DNA of 64,000 nt from Pseudomonas sp. (lineage in GTDB: Bacteria > Pseudomonadota > Gammaproteobacteria > Pseudomonadales > Pseudomonadaceae): positions 68,812-132,811 of the forward strand of contig JBKEBY010000008.1 in assembly GCA_047973445.1 (NCBI GenBank). The letters are read 5' to 3'. The notes beneath the pieces were generated by a model. It was given only the letters and a program-made list of their open reading frames with translations, ran no database searches and had not been told where the DNA came from. The number at the start of each line of letters is the position of its first letter. Position 1 is the first letter of the stretch. The translations under genes were made by a program, and so were the position numbers. Positions 41,523 to 51,124 of this stretch are shown one piece after another.

Positions 41523-42641
41523 TCAGGCTTCGGTGCCGACTGGCCGAGCATAGGTGTCGGGGTGTTCACGATCGAAGATTTCGTTAGCCCATAGCATCAC
41601 GATCATCTCGCCCTCACCTACGTTGGTGATGTCATGGGTCCAGCCCGGTACGGTTTCGACAATCTCCGGCTGATCGCCGGAGGTGAACAGTTCATAGAAT
41701 TCACCCGTCACGATGTGCCGGAACCGGAAACAGGCCTTGCCCTTAATGACCAGGAATTTTTCCGTCTTGGAGTGGTGATAATGTCCGCCACGGGTAATAC
41801 CAGGATGTGCCGTGAAGAAAGAAAACTGCCCCGAATCCCTGGTTTTGAGCATTTCTACAAAGACCCCACGCGGGTCACCGTATTTTGGTACCTCGTAGGT
41901 GAAGCGCTCAGGCGGGAGATAACTCAGGTATGTGGAATACAACGCCCTAATCAAGCCTGTGCCCACCGGCTCGGTGACCAGCGACGTGCGGCTATCGCGG
42001 AAAGCATGCACTTGGTCAGCCAGCTCGCCAACCGTAATGCTGTACTGCGGTGCGACACTAACAAAAGGCTCACCGGCCACCTTGCCGTCCATTACTGCAA
42101 TGAAATGCTGAATCACATCATCGATGTAGACGAGACTGATACGCGCAGCGAGATCATTGATCTGGATTGGCAGGTCGCGGGCGATGTTATGACAGAAGGT
42201 CGCCACTGCCGAGTTGTAATTTGGTCGCGCCCATTTTCCGAAGACATTAGGCAGGCGGAACAGATGAACCGGAGAGCCCTGGGTGGACTGCAGCTCCAGT
42301 AAGGCCTGCTCAGCGCCCCGCTTGCTGCTGCCATAGAGGTTATCCAGCTCTGCTTGGCTGGAAGAGGTGTAGATCACCGGGATCTGCCGGCCAGAGGATT
42401 TGATGGCTTCGCACAGCATACGGGTCAAATCGGTATTGCCGGCCTGGAATTCCTGTGGGTCTTGTGGGCGGTTGACGCCGGCGAGATGAAAGATGCATTC
42501 CACCTGAGCAACCAGGCAAGGCAGGTTTTCCAGCGAATCCTCACGGGTAAAACGTAGCACCTCGATGTCGGCGCGCTCGCCCAAATGCGCGATGAGATTC
42601 TGGCCGACAAAGCCATTAGCCCCAGTAATCAGAACCTTCAT
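41523..42641 (-). CDS. wbjC: FnlB/WbjC reductase with C-terminal cupin
   Basis: TGANGFVG, PNYNSAVATFC and TRGGHYHHSK motifs. Confidence 0.9.
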   Translation of the reverse strand: MKVLITGANGFVGQNLIAHLGERADIEVLRFTREDSLENLPCLVAQVECIFHLAGVNRPQDPQEFQAGNTDLTRMLCEAIKSSGRQIPVIYTSSSQAELDNLYGSSKRGAEQALLELQSTQGSPVHLFRLPNVFGKWARPNYNSAVATFCHNIARDLPIQINDLAARISLVYIDDVIQHFIAVMDGKVAGEPFVSVAPQYSITVGELADQVHAFRDSRTSLVTEPVGTGLIRALYSTYLSYLPPERFTYEVPKYGDPRGVFVEMLKTRDSGQFSFFTAHPGITRGGHYHHSKTEKFLVIKGKACFRFRHIVTGEFYELFTSGDQPEIVETVPGWTHDITNVGEGEMIVMLWANEIFDREHPDTYARPVGTEA

Positions 42642-42644
42642 TCT

Positions 42645-43679
42645 TCACTCCTCGGGCGTTGCGTGTTCACCGCGCTGGATAGCGCGCATGAAGTCAAGCT
42701 TAAGCAGCAGCTGCTGCATTCCCGCTACATCCAATCGCTCGGTATTGTGCGAATTGTAGTCTTCGGTGCGGGAGATTTTCGTTTCGCCCTGCTCCACGAA
42801 CTTTGCGTAATTGAGGTCGCGCAGATCAGGCGGTACACGGAAGTACTTGCCCATATCCTCAGCGCAAGCCATTTCCTCGCGACTGAGCAAAGCTTCATAA
42901 AGCTTTTCGCCATGGCGGGTACCAATCACCTGGATTGGATGGTCGGGCTTTCCGACCAGATCGGTCAGCGCCAGCGCCAAGGTTTCTACGGTTGCAGCCG
43001 GCGCTTTCTGTACGAATAGGTCGCCGTTATTACCGTGTTCGAAGGCATAGAGCACCAGATCGACCGCATCGGCCAAGGTCATCATGAAACGGGTCATATT
43101 CGGATCGGTGATCGACAGCGGCTTGCCGGCACGAATCTGCTCGATAAACAAAGGGATTACCGAACCACGCGAAGCCATCACGTTTCCGTATCGCGTGCCG
43201 CAAATGACCGTCTTGGTCTCATCAACGTTTCGCGACTTGGCGACCATGACCTTTTCCATCATTGCCTTGGAGATACCCATGGCATTGATCGGGTAAACGG
43301 CCTTATCCGTACTAAGACAAACCACCCGATTCACTTCATTCTGGATTGCAGCCTCCAAGACGTTCTCGGTGCCAAGCACATTGGTTTTAACCGCCTCCAT
43401 AGGATGGAACTCGCAGGACGGGACCTGCTTCAACGCCGCGGCATGGAAGATGTAGTCCACCCCTCGCGTGGCATTCAACACGCTCTGATAATCGCGCACA
43501 TCACCAATGTAAAACTTCAACTTGGAGTTGGCGTAGCGTTTACGCATGTCATCTTGCTTTTTCTCGTCACGGCTGAAAATGCGGATTTCAGTAATATCGG
43601 TATCGAGAAACCGCTTGAGGACCGCATTACCGAAAGAGCCTGTACCGCCCGTTATCAAAAGAACAGAGCCTGCAAACAT
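42645..43679 (-). CDS. wbjB: FnlA/WbjB UDP-GlcNAc 4,6-dehydratase/5-epimerase
   Basis: TGGTGSFG, SRDEKKQDDMR and HAAALKQVPSCEF motifs. Confidence 0.92.
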   Translation of the reverse strand: MFAGSVLLITGGTGSFGNAVLKRFLDTDITEIRIFSRDEKKQDDMRKRYANSKLKFYIGDVRDYQSVLNATRGVDYIFHAAALKQVPSCEFHPMEAVKTNVLGTENVLEAAIQNEVNRVVCLSTDKAVYPINAMGISKAMMEKVMVAKSRNVDETKTVICGTRYGNVMASRGSVIPLFIEQIRAGKPLSITDPNMTRFMMTLADAVDLVLYAFEHGNNGDLFVQKAPAATVETLALALTDLVGKPDHPIQVIGTRHGEKLYEALLSREEMACAEDMGKYFRVPPDLRDLNYAKFVEQGETKISRTEDYNSHNTERLDVAGMQQLLLKLDFMRAIQRGEHATPEE

Positions 43680-43703
43680 AAAACACTTACCTTATAGAAC
43701 CAC

Positions 43704-44723
43704 TTAAGAAAACCTTGAAAGACCGGCCTCAGGTACAAGCACAAACGCATCGAAGCCGTCTCCGGACTCAAAAATTGCATACAGAAATCTTAACCCACTC
43801 CATAAAAAATACAAACCAAATAAAACCACACCAAGATTAGAACCACCATTGAACCTTAGAGCAAAATACATAAAAACAAAATAAGAAAAGATAGTCACTC
43901 TTTCATCGCCAACAAAAAAAGCAAATATCAAAAATGGAGCACCCGAAAGAACAGCCTGAAGCCGACATCCCCTCGCATAAAATACAGCGGCACAGCACAA
44001 AGCCAATGGCTTTATTACAGATACCCAACCACCAAGCTCTAGGTAATACGAAAGTTTGCTCACAACATGCGCCCGCATAAGAAACACAACACTACAAATC
44101 ACGCACACACCCAAAAACAGATACAACGCCTCAAACAATATCTTTCCACGCAGAAGCCTCTGGATCATAAATACAATTCTTTCAGATTCAGCAGCAATGA
44201 ACAGCATCAGAACTTGGACATGAGCAAAGAAAGAAACCCCAAACAACACAAACCTACAAGATCCGTGACATACCAATCCCAGCAAAAACAAAATCAGCGA
44301 TACTTTCAAACGCTCCGCAGAAAACAGCAACACGACAAAGTAAAAATTAAAAACAAGAAGAAAAATAATTAATATCTTAACTCGATTTACCAGCATCCAA
44401 AAAAGAACAAGATAAGCAAGCACAAAATTCAAAAGCGAAAAAAGAACATCCTTACTAACAAATGAAGAAAAAAAATAAACAACCAGAAAGTAAATCGGCT
44501 CTGACGTACCAAGAGTTTCCCTATAAAAGGCAAACGCATCCACCAAACTTAAGCCAGAAACACCCTCATAGAACTCCCTATAATATAATTGATCCCCACC
44601 ATAAAAATATGGATACACACACAAGCTAAACAACAAAATTATTAGCGCGCCAAAAAATGCAAGGACCCCATCCGGCACACCGAGGACAGCTTTACCACCC
44701 AGAGAGATTTTCAAACGACGCAC
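43704..44723 (-). CDS. wzy: Probable O-antigen polymerase Wzy
   Basis: Very hydrophobic multi-TM, AT-rich ORF inside the cluster; no other candidate polymerase present. Confidence 0.6.
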   Translation of the reverse strand: MRRLKISLGGKAVLGVPDGVLAFFGALIILLFSLCVYPYFYGGDQLYYREFYEGVSGLSLVDAFAFYRETLGTSEPIYFLVVYFFSSFVSKDVLFSLLNFVLAYLVLFWMLVNRVKILIIFLLVFNFYFVVLLFSAERLKVSLILFLLGLVCHGSCRFVLFGVSFFAHVQVLMLFIAAESERIVFMIQRLLRGKILFEALYLFLGVCVICSVVFLMRAHVVSKLSYYLELGGWVSVIKPLALCCAAVFYARGCRLQAVLSGAPFLIFAFFVGDERVTIFSYFVFMYFALRFNGGSNLGVVLFGLYFLWSGLRFLYAIFESGDGFDAFVLVPEAGLSRFS

Positions 44724-44860
44724 CTCACTCCAAGCCTTCTAGCTAGCCAAGAGACTCATTAAAACCAAGCAAAGAAACGGAACTCTCTGAAACCCACTGC
44801 CAGCCGCCTCCTACAAGAAAATCTCAAGAAAGCAAACCTAGATAGAGACTAGGCGGCCCC

Positions 44861-46123
44861 TCACCTGATCGACCCCTGATTACGCCGCTTAGAAAAAGTC
44901 CGATCAAAGCCAAACAAGTGCTTCACTGTACATACAAGCAATGAAGCCAAGGCATGCACATTAGAATACCCACCAACTTTCAAAGGGGTAAACTCCGGAA
45001 GAGTTAATGCCTGATGCTCGAAACCATCCAATGTTTTTTCTATCGAAAAAGAATGGGTCTTACTCTTGCAGGCCGCAGCAAACTCAACCCACAAATCACA
45101 ACTCTCATAGACGTCCAGTATCTTTCCTAGAAAACAATATAGCGGTATATTCAATCCAATCTCATTATAGGAGTAACCATCAACCTCGCTTAAGAAGCCA
45201 TAAGTCACGGCCTCTTTGGTGGACTCTATTCCAATGAGTGCTGGCACGCCCAAAGCAGCTGCCTCTATAATCGAAGTACCGCACCCAACAAATAGAAAGG
45301 AGCCTTCTAACACCGAGGAAAATTTGCCATATGGAACCCTCCCCTTAAATTCAACAGCATGAGAAACCCCGCACCGCAAAGCGATCTCGCGCAACTCTTT
45401 TTCGAAAGGACCTTCACCATATATTTCATAGCGAAACCCCGCATCATTCTGCAGTAGCGCCGGCATACATTTTATAACATGAGAGTTATAAGACTTAAAC
45501 TCAACAAGATTCCCTACAGAAACTATTCGACGCGACACCGGATTACCAATTATAGGCTTCGGCGAAACAGGCAAGTCGACCCCAATAGGGACCAGTGTAG
45601 AACATGCAAAATCCAGCCCATAAAAATTAGAATAAGCAGAAATAGTTATTTCATTAAAGAAAATCACACACTCCTTACCCAAGGCATAGAATAGCCTCTG
45701 CGCCTCTTTTGAAAAATAATAACTTACTCCATCATACATAAACTCATTCTGATGATAAATCCCCACCGAAACACACAGACGCCTACTAATATTCCGCACT
45801 ACTCGTGACAAAAACAACAAACCAAAAACACCCATCAAATGAACAACATCGCCATGCTCCTTAAAAATATTTGACAACGATGGCATGTCCAGCGGCATAA
45901 AACCTACAAACGGCGTCTTAGCTATACCAAATGGAGATAATACATAGGCGCTTAGAAAATAAACGTCCGCACAAAGGCGCAGCTCTTCCAGCAACTGCTC
46001 TTCCGGACCATCCATCATTACTAGAACACCAACTTTCTTTCCACGCCGCGCACTCTCCCGGCAGAAGCGCAAAACGAAAGTAGACCCGCCATTAAATTCC
46101 AGCGTATTTGCTAAGATAAGCAT
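44861..46123 (-). CDS. Glycosyltransferase (GT-B/GT4-like)
   Basis: IVSVGNLVEFK, IYGEGP and SIIEAAALGVP motifs. Confidence 0.85.
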   Translation of the reverse strand: MLILANTLEFNGGSTFVLRFCRESARRGKKVGVLVMMDGPEEQLLEELRLCADVYFLSAYVLSPFGIAKTPFVGFMPLDMPSLSNIFKEHGDVVHLMGVFGLLFLSRVVRNISRRLCVSVGIYHQNEFMYDGVSYYFSKEAQRLFYALGKECVIFFNEITISAYSNFYGLDFACSTLVPIGVDLPVSPKPIIGNPVSRRIVSVGNLVEFKSYNSHVIKCMPALLQNDAGFRYEIYGEGPFEKELREIALRCGVSHAVEFKGRVPYGKFSSVLEGSFLFVGCGTSIIEAAALGVPALIGIESTKEAVTYGFLSEVDGYSYNEIGLNIPLYCFLGKILDVYESCDLWVEFAAACKSKTHSFSIEKTLDGFEHQALTLPEFTPLKVGGYSNVHALASLLVCTVKHLFGFDRTFSKRRNQGSIR

Positions 46124-47388
46124 TTATCTGAACCCTTGACAAAGCACCGAGAAACAAAGTAAAAAATCAGGACACAAATAATAAAGTAAACAAAATAAGC
46201 AACGCTGTACCCCACCACCACACCTTTTGCCCCAGGATAAACGTCTAGCAACCACGCAGCCAGAAAAACAAACAATACACTTTGAATAAACTCAGCCAGA
46301 ATATAAAGAACTGTTGCCGCCTTAGCAACAGCAACAAATCCGATAACATATGATCCTATCTTAAAAAAATCCCCCACCAACTGATAGAGAATAATAGACT
46401 CTATTCCTAGAAAGTCTCGAGACAAAAGTAGCGTTATAAAAAAACCACGCCACAAGTAGAAAATAATTGCTCCCATGACGAATACCAGCATAGTGACTAC
46501 CAGAACACGAACTGTCTTCAATCTAATTTTCACCCAGCACCGCTCTGCAGATATAGCTGGCATGAACCAATAGCCAAGAAACACCGAAAACAAACCAGCA
46601 TAAGCTGAGGATAGCCGAATGGAGGCTTGCCAGAATCCAACCTCATTATAATTACTGGTCTGCAGCAGGTATTGACGAATAAGAATCTCTACCATAGGAA
46701 AAGCAATGGCACTACATAGAAGCATAGACGTGAAAGATAGGAACCTTTTAAAATCCTCACGTGACGGAATCGATAACTTAATAGCATGCGAAAGCTCAAA
46801 TCTTCTCGACCATATAAAGGCGGGAAAGAAAACCATAAAAATACAGACGATCAAAGTTAATATGGCGCCCGGCTCCCCATAGTGCGCAACCAGAGCCCAC
46901 GAAACAGGTAACGCCAATAGCGAGCCTACCACCTGAATCTTTGCGTACGCCAAGCTATTTCCCAACCCATTACATACCCCTATTATTATATTGGAATAGG
47001 ATATCCCACAATGCGCCACGCCCAACATTATTATATACAGATAATAGGCCTCACTTCCAAATATAAAGCCTGACAGCGGCCTTGCCATAAATAATGACAC
47101 GAGAAGAAATATTACAGAAAACATCATTGAATATCCCGTCGCAGCAGATATAAAGCAAGCTAGACGAGCGGGACGGTCTCTATACTCCGCAACATACTTT
47201 ATTACTCCATGCAATATTCCTCCACCTGCTAAAACACCAACTATCGTAAGCAGACTCATGAAATGGCCTAACTTCCCCAACCCCTCCGGACCGAGATAAT
47301 GCGCAATCAGCTTTAGAACGAAAAAGCCCATTGCCAACTTCGACAAATGAGCCGTAACTGTCAATACCGCACTATAAAGTGATCTCAT
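46111..47388 (-). CDS. wzx: O-antigen flippase (WzxE-like)
   Basis: LGPEGLGKLG, GVIKYVAEY and QLVGDFFK motifs; about 12 TMs. Confidence 0.88.
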   Translation of the reverse strand: MRSLYSAVLTVTAHLSKLAMGFFVLKLIAHYLGPEGLGKLGHFMSLLTIVGVLAGGGILHGVIKYVAEYRDRPARLACFISAATGYSMMFSVIFLLVSLFMARPLSGFIFGSEAYYLYIIMLGVAHCGISYSNIIIGVCNGLGNSLAYAKIQVVGSLLALPVSWALVAHYGEPGAILTLIVCIFMVFFPAFIWSRRFELSHAIKLSIPSREDFKRFLSFTSMLLCSAIAFPMVEILIRQYLLQTSNYNEVGFWQASIRLSSAYAGLFSVFLGYWFMPAISAERCWVKIRLKTVRVLVVTMLVFVMGAIIFYLWRGFFITLLLSRDFLGIESIILYQLVGDFFKIGSYVIGFVAVAKAATVLYILAEFIQSVLFVFLAAWLLDVYPGAKGVVVGYSVAYFVYFIICVLIFYFVSRCFVKGSDKCLS

Positions 47389-48524
47389 CGGGAGTCAGCA
47401 AACAATAAGGAAATACTAGAGGCCACGCGATCAATCACAGAACGCTCAATTCCGTGCCACATTGGCAGACGCAAAATACGCTCACTTTCCGCAGTCGTAT
47501 GGCGATCAACCCCTACGAAACGTCCAAACTTAAGTCCAGCAGGAGAGCTATGCAGAGGAATATAGTGAAATACCGCCATGATTTCATGTTCTTTCAACCT
47601 AGAAATAACATAACTACGCTCATCAAGGTTTTTTAATTTGAGATAGAACATATGAGCATTATGATCACAGCATGTAGGAATCACTGGTAACTGGACCTTG
47701 TTCTTCAACTCCAACTCAGCAAAAGCACTTTTATAGCAGCCCCACGCCCTGAGCCGACTTTCATTGACTTCATCGGCACGTTCTAACTGGGCGTAAAGAT
47801 AAGCAGCCTGTAACTCAGAAGGCAGCATACTGCTTCCGATATTCACCCAAGTATATTTATCAACCATGCCACGGAAAAACTGACTACGGTTAGTCCCCTT
47901 CTCGCGGATAACTTCTGCACTCTGTCCAAACTGTGAATCATTGATAATCAGCAGCCCTCCCTCTCCTCCGCTAGTGAAATTTTTAGTCTCATGGAAGCTG
48001 TATGCTCCAAGATGGCCAATAGTTCCCAACGGACGCCCTTTGTACGATGACATCATTCCTTGGGCAGCGTCCTCAATGACAAAAAGCCGATGACGCTCTG
48101 CAATATCCATAATAACGTCCATTTCGCAAGCTACACCTGCATAATGAACAGGTACAATAGCCTTAGTAAACGGCGTAACTGCTTGCTCTATGAGCCTCTC
48201 GTCAATATTCATAGTATCAGGTCGAACATCAACAAAAACTACTTTTGCACCTCTCAACACAAAAGCGTTAGCCGTACTCACAAATGTATAGCTAGGCATG
48301 ATTACCTCATCGCCCGGCTTTATATTAATTAAGATAGCGGCCATTTCTAGAGCATGTGTGCACGACGGGGTAAGCAGGGCCTTAGAGCAGCCAAGACTTT
48401 CTTCGAACCACGTCTGGCAGAGCCTACTAAACTCGCCATCGCCAGAAATTTTGTCATTACGCATCGCTGCTAAAACGTATTTCTCTTCATTGCCCGTATA
48501 TGGCGGCTTATTAAAAGGTATCAC
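47385..48524 (-). CDS. wecE: dTDP-4-amino-4,6-dideoxygalactose transaminase (WecE/RffA)
   Basis: MIPFNKP, SCTHALEMAA, SFHETKN and EKGTNRSQF motifs. Confidence 0.9.
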   Translation of the reverse strand: MIPFNKPPYTGNEEKYVLAAMRNDKISGDGEFSRLCQTWFEESLGCSKALLTPSCTHALEMAAILINIKPGDEVIMPSYTFVSTANAFVLRGAKVVFVDVRPDTMNIDERLIEQAVTPFTKAIVPVHYAGVACEMDVIMDIAERHRLFVIEDAAQGMMSSYKGRPLGTIGHLGAYSFHETKNFTSGGEGGLLIINDSQFGQSAEVIREKGTNRSQFFRGMVDKYTWVNIGSSMLPSELQAAYLYAQLERADEVNESRLRAWGCYKSAFAELELKNKVQLPVIPTCCDHNAHMFYLKLKNLDERSYVISRLKEHEIMAVFHYIPLHSSPAGLKFGRFVGVDRHTTAESERILRLPMWHGIERSVIDRVASSISLLFADSR

Positions 48525-49084
48525 GACACTATCTCTTTCAGAAATTTACGCTCAAGCTCCAACAGGTCTTTTTTTCGCTCCTTTATTCGTCGCGCGGGAT
48601 TTCCTAAGTAGACACCCCATGCCTGAGTACTCTTATGGATAAGAGTCATCGCGCCCACAGAGCAGCCTTCCGCTATTTCAACTCCTGGAAAGACTATGGA
48701 TCCCGCCCCTACTATTACGTGCCTCCCCAACCTCACAGCTTTCTTAGTCTCATTTTTATAACTATCTGGAACTGTAGGATTAGTTAAGGTACGACCAGAA
48801 TAGTCATCAGATTGACTAAATACTTTCACTTGATAGGCGAGACCCGAGAAATCTTCCATGACAATTCCCACCTCCCCACCAGCCAACAGACAGAACGGTG
48901 CAATATGGACGTAACTGCCTAGACACACATTACCCGATACAACACAGAAATCATCAATCCTAGAGTTATCGCCAATAGAAATACACTCAGCATCATATAT
49001 GCTTGCCTTATCGCTAATCTTAACATTCCGACCGAGATGCCGAAAACCCATCTCTCTCAGATCTTCCTCTCTATAATAAGCCAT
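48521..49084 (-). CDS. Hexapeptide-repeat acyltransferase (probable dTDP-Fuc4N N-acyltransferase)
   Basis: IGDNSRIDDFC repeats, SDDYSG and GNPARRIK; adjacent to wecE. Confidence 0.8.
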   Translation of the reverse strand: MAYYREEDLREMGFRHLGRNVKISDKASIYDAECISIGDNSRIDDFCVVSGNVCLGSYVHIAPFCLLAGGEVGIVMEDFSGLAYQVKVFSQSDDYSGRTLTNPTVPDSYKNETKKAVRLGRHVIVGAGSIVFPGVEIAEGCSVGAMTLIHKSTQAWGVYLGNPARRIKERKKDLLELERKFLKEIVS

Positions 49085-49103
49085 ACGCCACCCTGAAACA
49101 GAT

Positions 49104-49967
49104 TTACTCAATTAACGACAATAAATATCTTCCATAACTACCTTTACCCAAATTCACTGCTGCCTTCTTTATACTATCAACACCGAGCCATCCGTAATTA
49201 AATGCTATTTCTTCCAAACAGGCCACCTTATAGCCCTGCCGCTTTTCTATAGTTTCGACAAAGTGCGCCGCCTCCAGCAAACTTTCATGGGTGCCCGTAT
49301 CAAGCCAGGCAAAGCCTCGCCCAAGTATTTCGACATTGAGATCGCCGCGCTCTAAGTAGGCTTGGTTGATGCTAGTGATTTCCAGCTCGCCCCGTTCCGA
49401 GGGTTTTATCTGCTTCGCAAGCTCTATGACATCATTATCGTAGAAATATAAACCGGTGACTGCAAAATGAGACTTCGGCTTTAGTGGTTTTTCTTCAATG
49501 GAAATGGCGCTCTTATTCTCATCGAACTCTACAACCCCAAAGCGCTCAGGGTCTTTAACTTGGTAGCCAAATACAGTAGCTCCTTGTTTTCTGGCCGCTG
49601 CTGCACGGAGCATCGGGCTGAAGCCTTGGCCATAGAAGATATTGTCGCCTAACACCAAGCAGACTGAATCTTCACCGATGAACTCTTCACCAATAATAAA
49701 AGCTTGGGCTAGACCGTCTGGGCTCGGCTGTACAGCATAGCTAAGTCTGATACCAAATTCGCTGCCGTCACCAAGCAAGCGCTGAAAGCCGCCAATATCA
49801 TCCGGAGTACTGATTAACAGAATATCTCTTATACCCGCCAGCATTAGTACCGAGAGCGGGTAATAGACCATTGGCTTGTCATAAATTGGCAATAGCTGCT
49901 TAGATACGCCCTTGGTGATGGGATACAATCGGGTGCCGGAGCCGCCGGCGAGGATTATACCTTTCAT
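49104..49967 (-). CDS. rmlA: Glucose-1-phosphate thymidylyltransferase
   Basis: [20 protein letters not shown] and WLDTGT motifs. Confidence 0.96.
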   Translation of the reverse strand: MKGIILAGGSGTRLYPITKGVSKQLLPIYDKPMVYYPLSVLMLAGIRDILLISTPDDIGGFQRLLGDGSEFGIRLSYAVQPSPDGLAQAFIIGEEFIGEDSVCLVLGDNIFYGQGFSPMLRAAAARKQGATVFGYQVKDPERFGVVEFDENKSAISIEEKPLKPKSHFAVTGLYFYDNDVIELAKQIKPSERGELEITSINQAYLERGDLNVEILGRGFAWLDTGTHESLLEAAHFVETIEKRQGYKVACLEEIAFNYGWLGVDSIKKAAVNLGKGSYGRYLLSLIE

Positions 49968-49980
49968 GAGTTCCTATGCC

Positions 49981-51057
49981 TTATGCAATGGCGCCGAGAC
50001 GTTCGCGCTGATAGCTGCCATCCTGCACACGGCGGCACCATTCCAAATTATTCACATACCACTGGGCCGTCTTGTGAATGCCGGTCACGAAGGTTTCCTC
50101 CGGCGTCCAACCGAGATCGCGCTGGATTTTGCTAGCATCGATGGCGTAGCGCAGATCATGGCCTGGGCGGTCCTGGACGTGGGTAATGAGGTCTTTGTAA
50201 CTGGTCAGGTGTTGGGCGAATGAATTCGCCCCTACCGGGCGGAGTTCGTCAAGGAGGTTGCAAAGCGTGAGGACGACATCGATGTTCTGTTTTTCGTTGT
50301 GGCCGCCGATGTTATAGGTCTCGCCCACCTCCCCTTCTGTCACGACCTTGTGTAAGGCGCGGGCATGGTCTTCCACGTAGAGCCAGTCGCGAATCTGGTC
50401 GCCTTTGCCATAGATTGGCAGCGGTTTGCCTTCCAGTGCGTTGAGGATGATCAGCGGGATAAGCTTTTCGGGGAAGTGGTACGGGCCATAGTTGTTGGAG
50501 CAGTTGGTGATCAGTACCGGTAGGCCGTAGGTGCGCTGCCAAGCGCGAACCAGATGGTCGGAACTGGCTTTACTCGCTGAGTAAGGCGAGCTGGGCGCAT
50601 AAGGGGTGGACTCCGTGAACAGATCTTCCGGGCCTTCCAGGTCCCCATACACTTCATCGGTTGAGATGTGATGGAAGCGGAACGCTGCCTTGCGGCTGTC
50701 ATTCAGGTTCTGCCAGTAGTGCCGGGCGGCTTCTAGCAGCGTGTAAGTGCCGACGATGTTGGTTTCGATAAAGGCTGCCGGCCCATCGATGGAGCGATCA
50801 ACGTGGGACTCTGCAGCCAAGTGCATTACGGCGTCTGGCTGGTGCTCAAGGAAAACCCGGTCAAGCTCAGCACGGTCGCAGATATCGACATGTTCGAAGG
50901 TGTAACGCTCGCTGTCACTGACACTAGCCAGGGAGTCTAGGTTGCCGGCGTAGGTCAGCTTGTCGAGGTTAACCGCTGAATCAGCTGTGCTACCAATGAT
51001 GTGGCGAATCACAGCCGAGCCGATGAAGCCTGCTCCGCCTGTCACAAGAATTTTCAT
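49981..51057 (-). CDS. rmlB: dTDP-glucose 4,6-dehydratase
   Basis: [31 protein letters not shown] and DRPGHDLRY motifs. Confidence 0.96.
   Translation of the reverse strand: MKILVTGGAGFIGSAVIRHIIGSTADSAVNLDKLTYAGNLDSLASVSDSERYTFEHVDICDRAELDRVFLEHQPDAVMHLAAESHVDRSIDGPAAFIETNIVGTYTLLEAARHYWQNLNDSRKAAFRFHHISTDEVYGDLEGPEDLFTESTPYAPSSPYSASKASSDHLVRAWQRTYGLPVLITNCSNNYGPYHFPEKLIPLIILNALEGKPLPIYGKGDQIRDWLYVEDHARALHKVVTEGEVGETYNIGGHNEKQNIDVVLTLCNLLDELRPVGANSFAQHLTSYKDLITHVQDRPGHDLRYAIDASKIQRDLGWTPEETFVTGIHKTAQWYVNNLEWCRRVQDGSYQRERLGAIA
50214..50235 (-). repeat. GTAG-type REP palindrome inside rmlB
   Basis: Minus strand GTAG-GGGCGAAT-TC-ATTCGCCC. Confidence 0.75.
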
Positions 51058-51124
51058 TTACCAGAGATCCTTTTATTACTGTCCATCCGACGCACGAAAC
51101 AAGGCTGAGTAAGGGCCGGCACGC

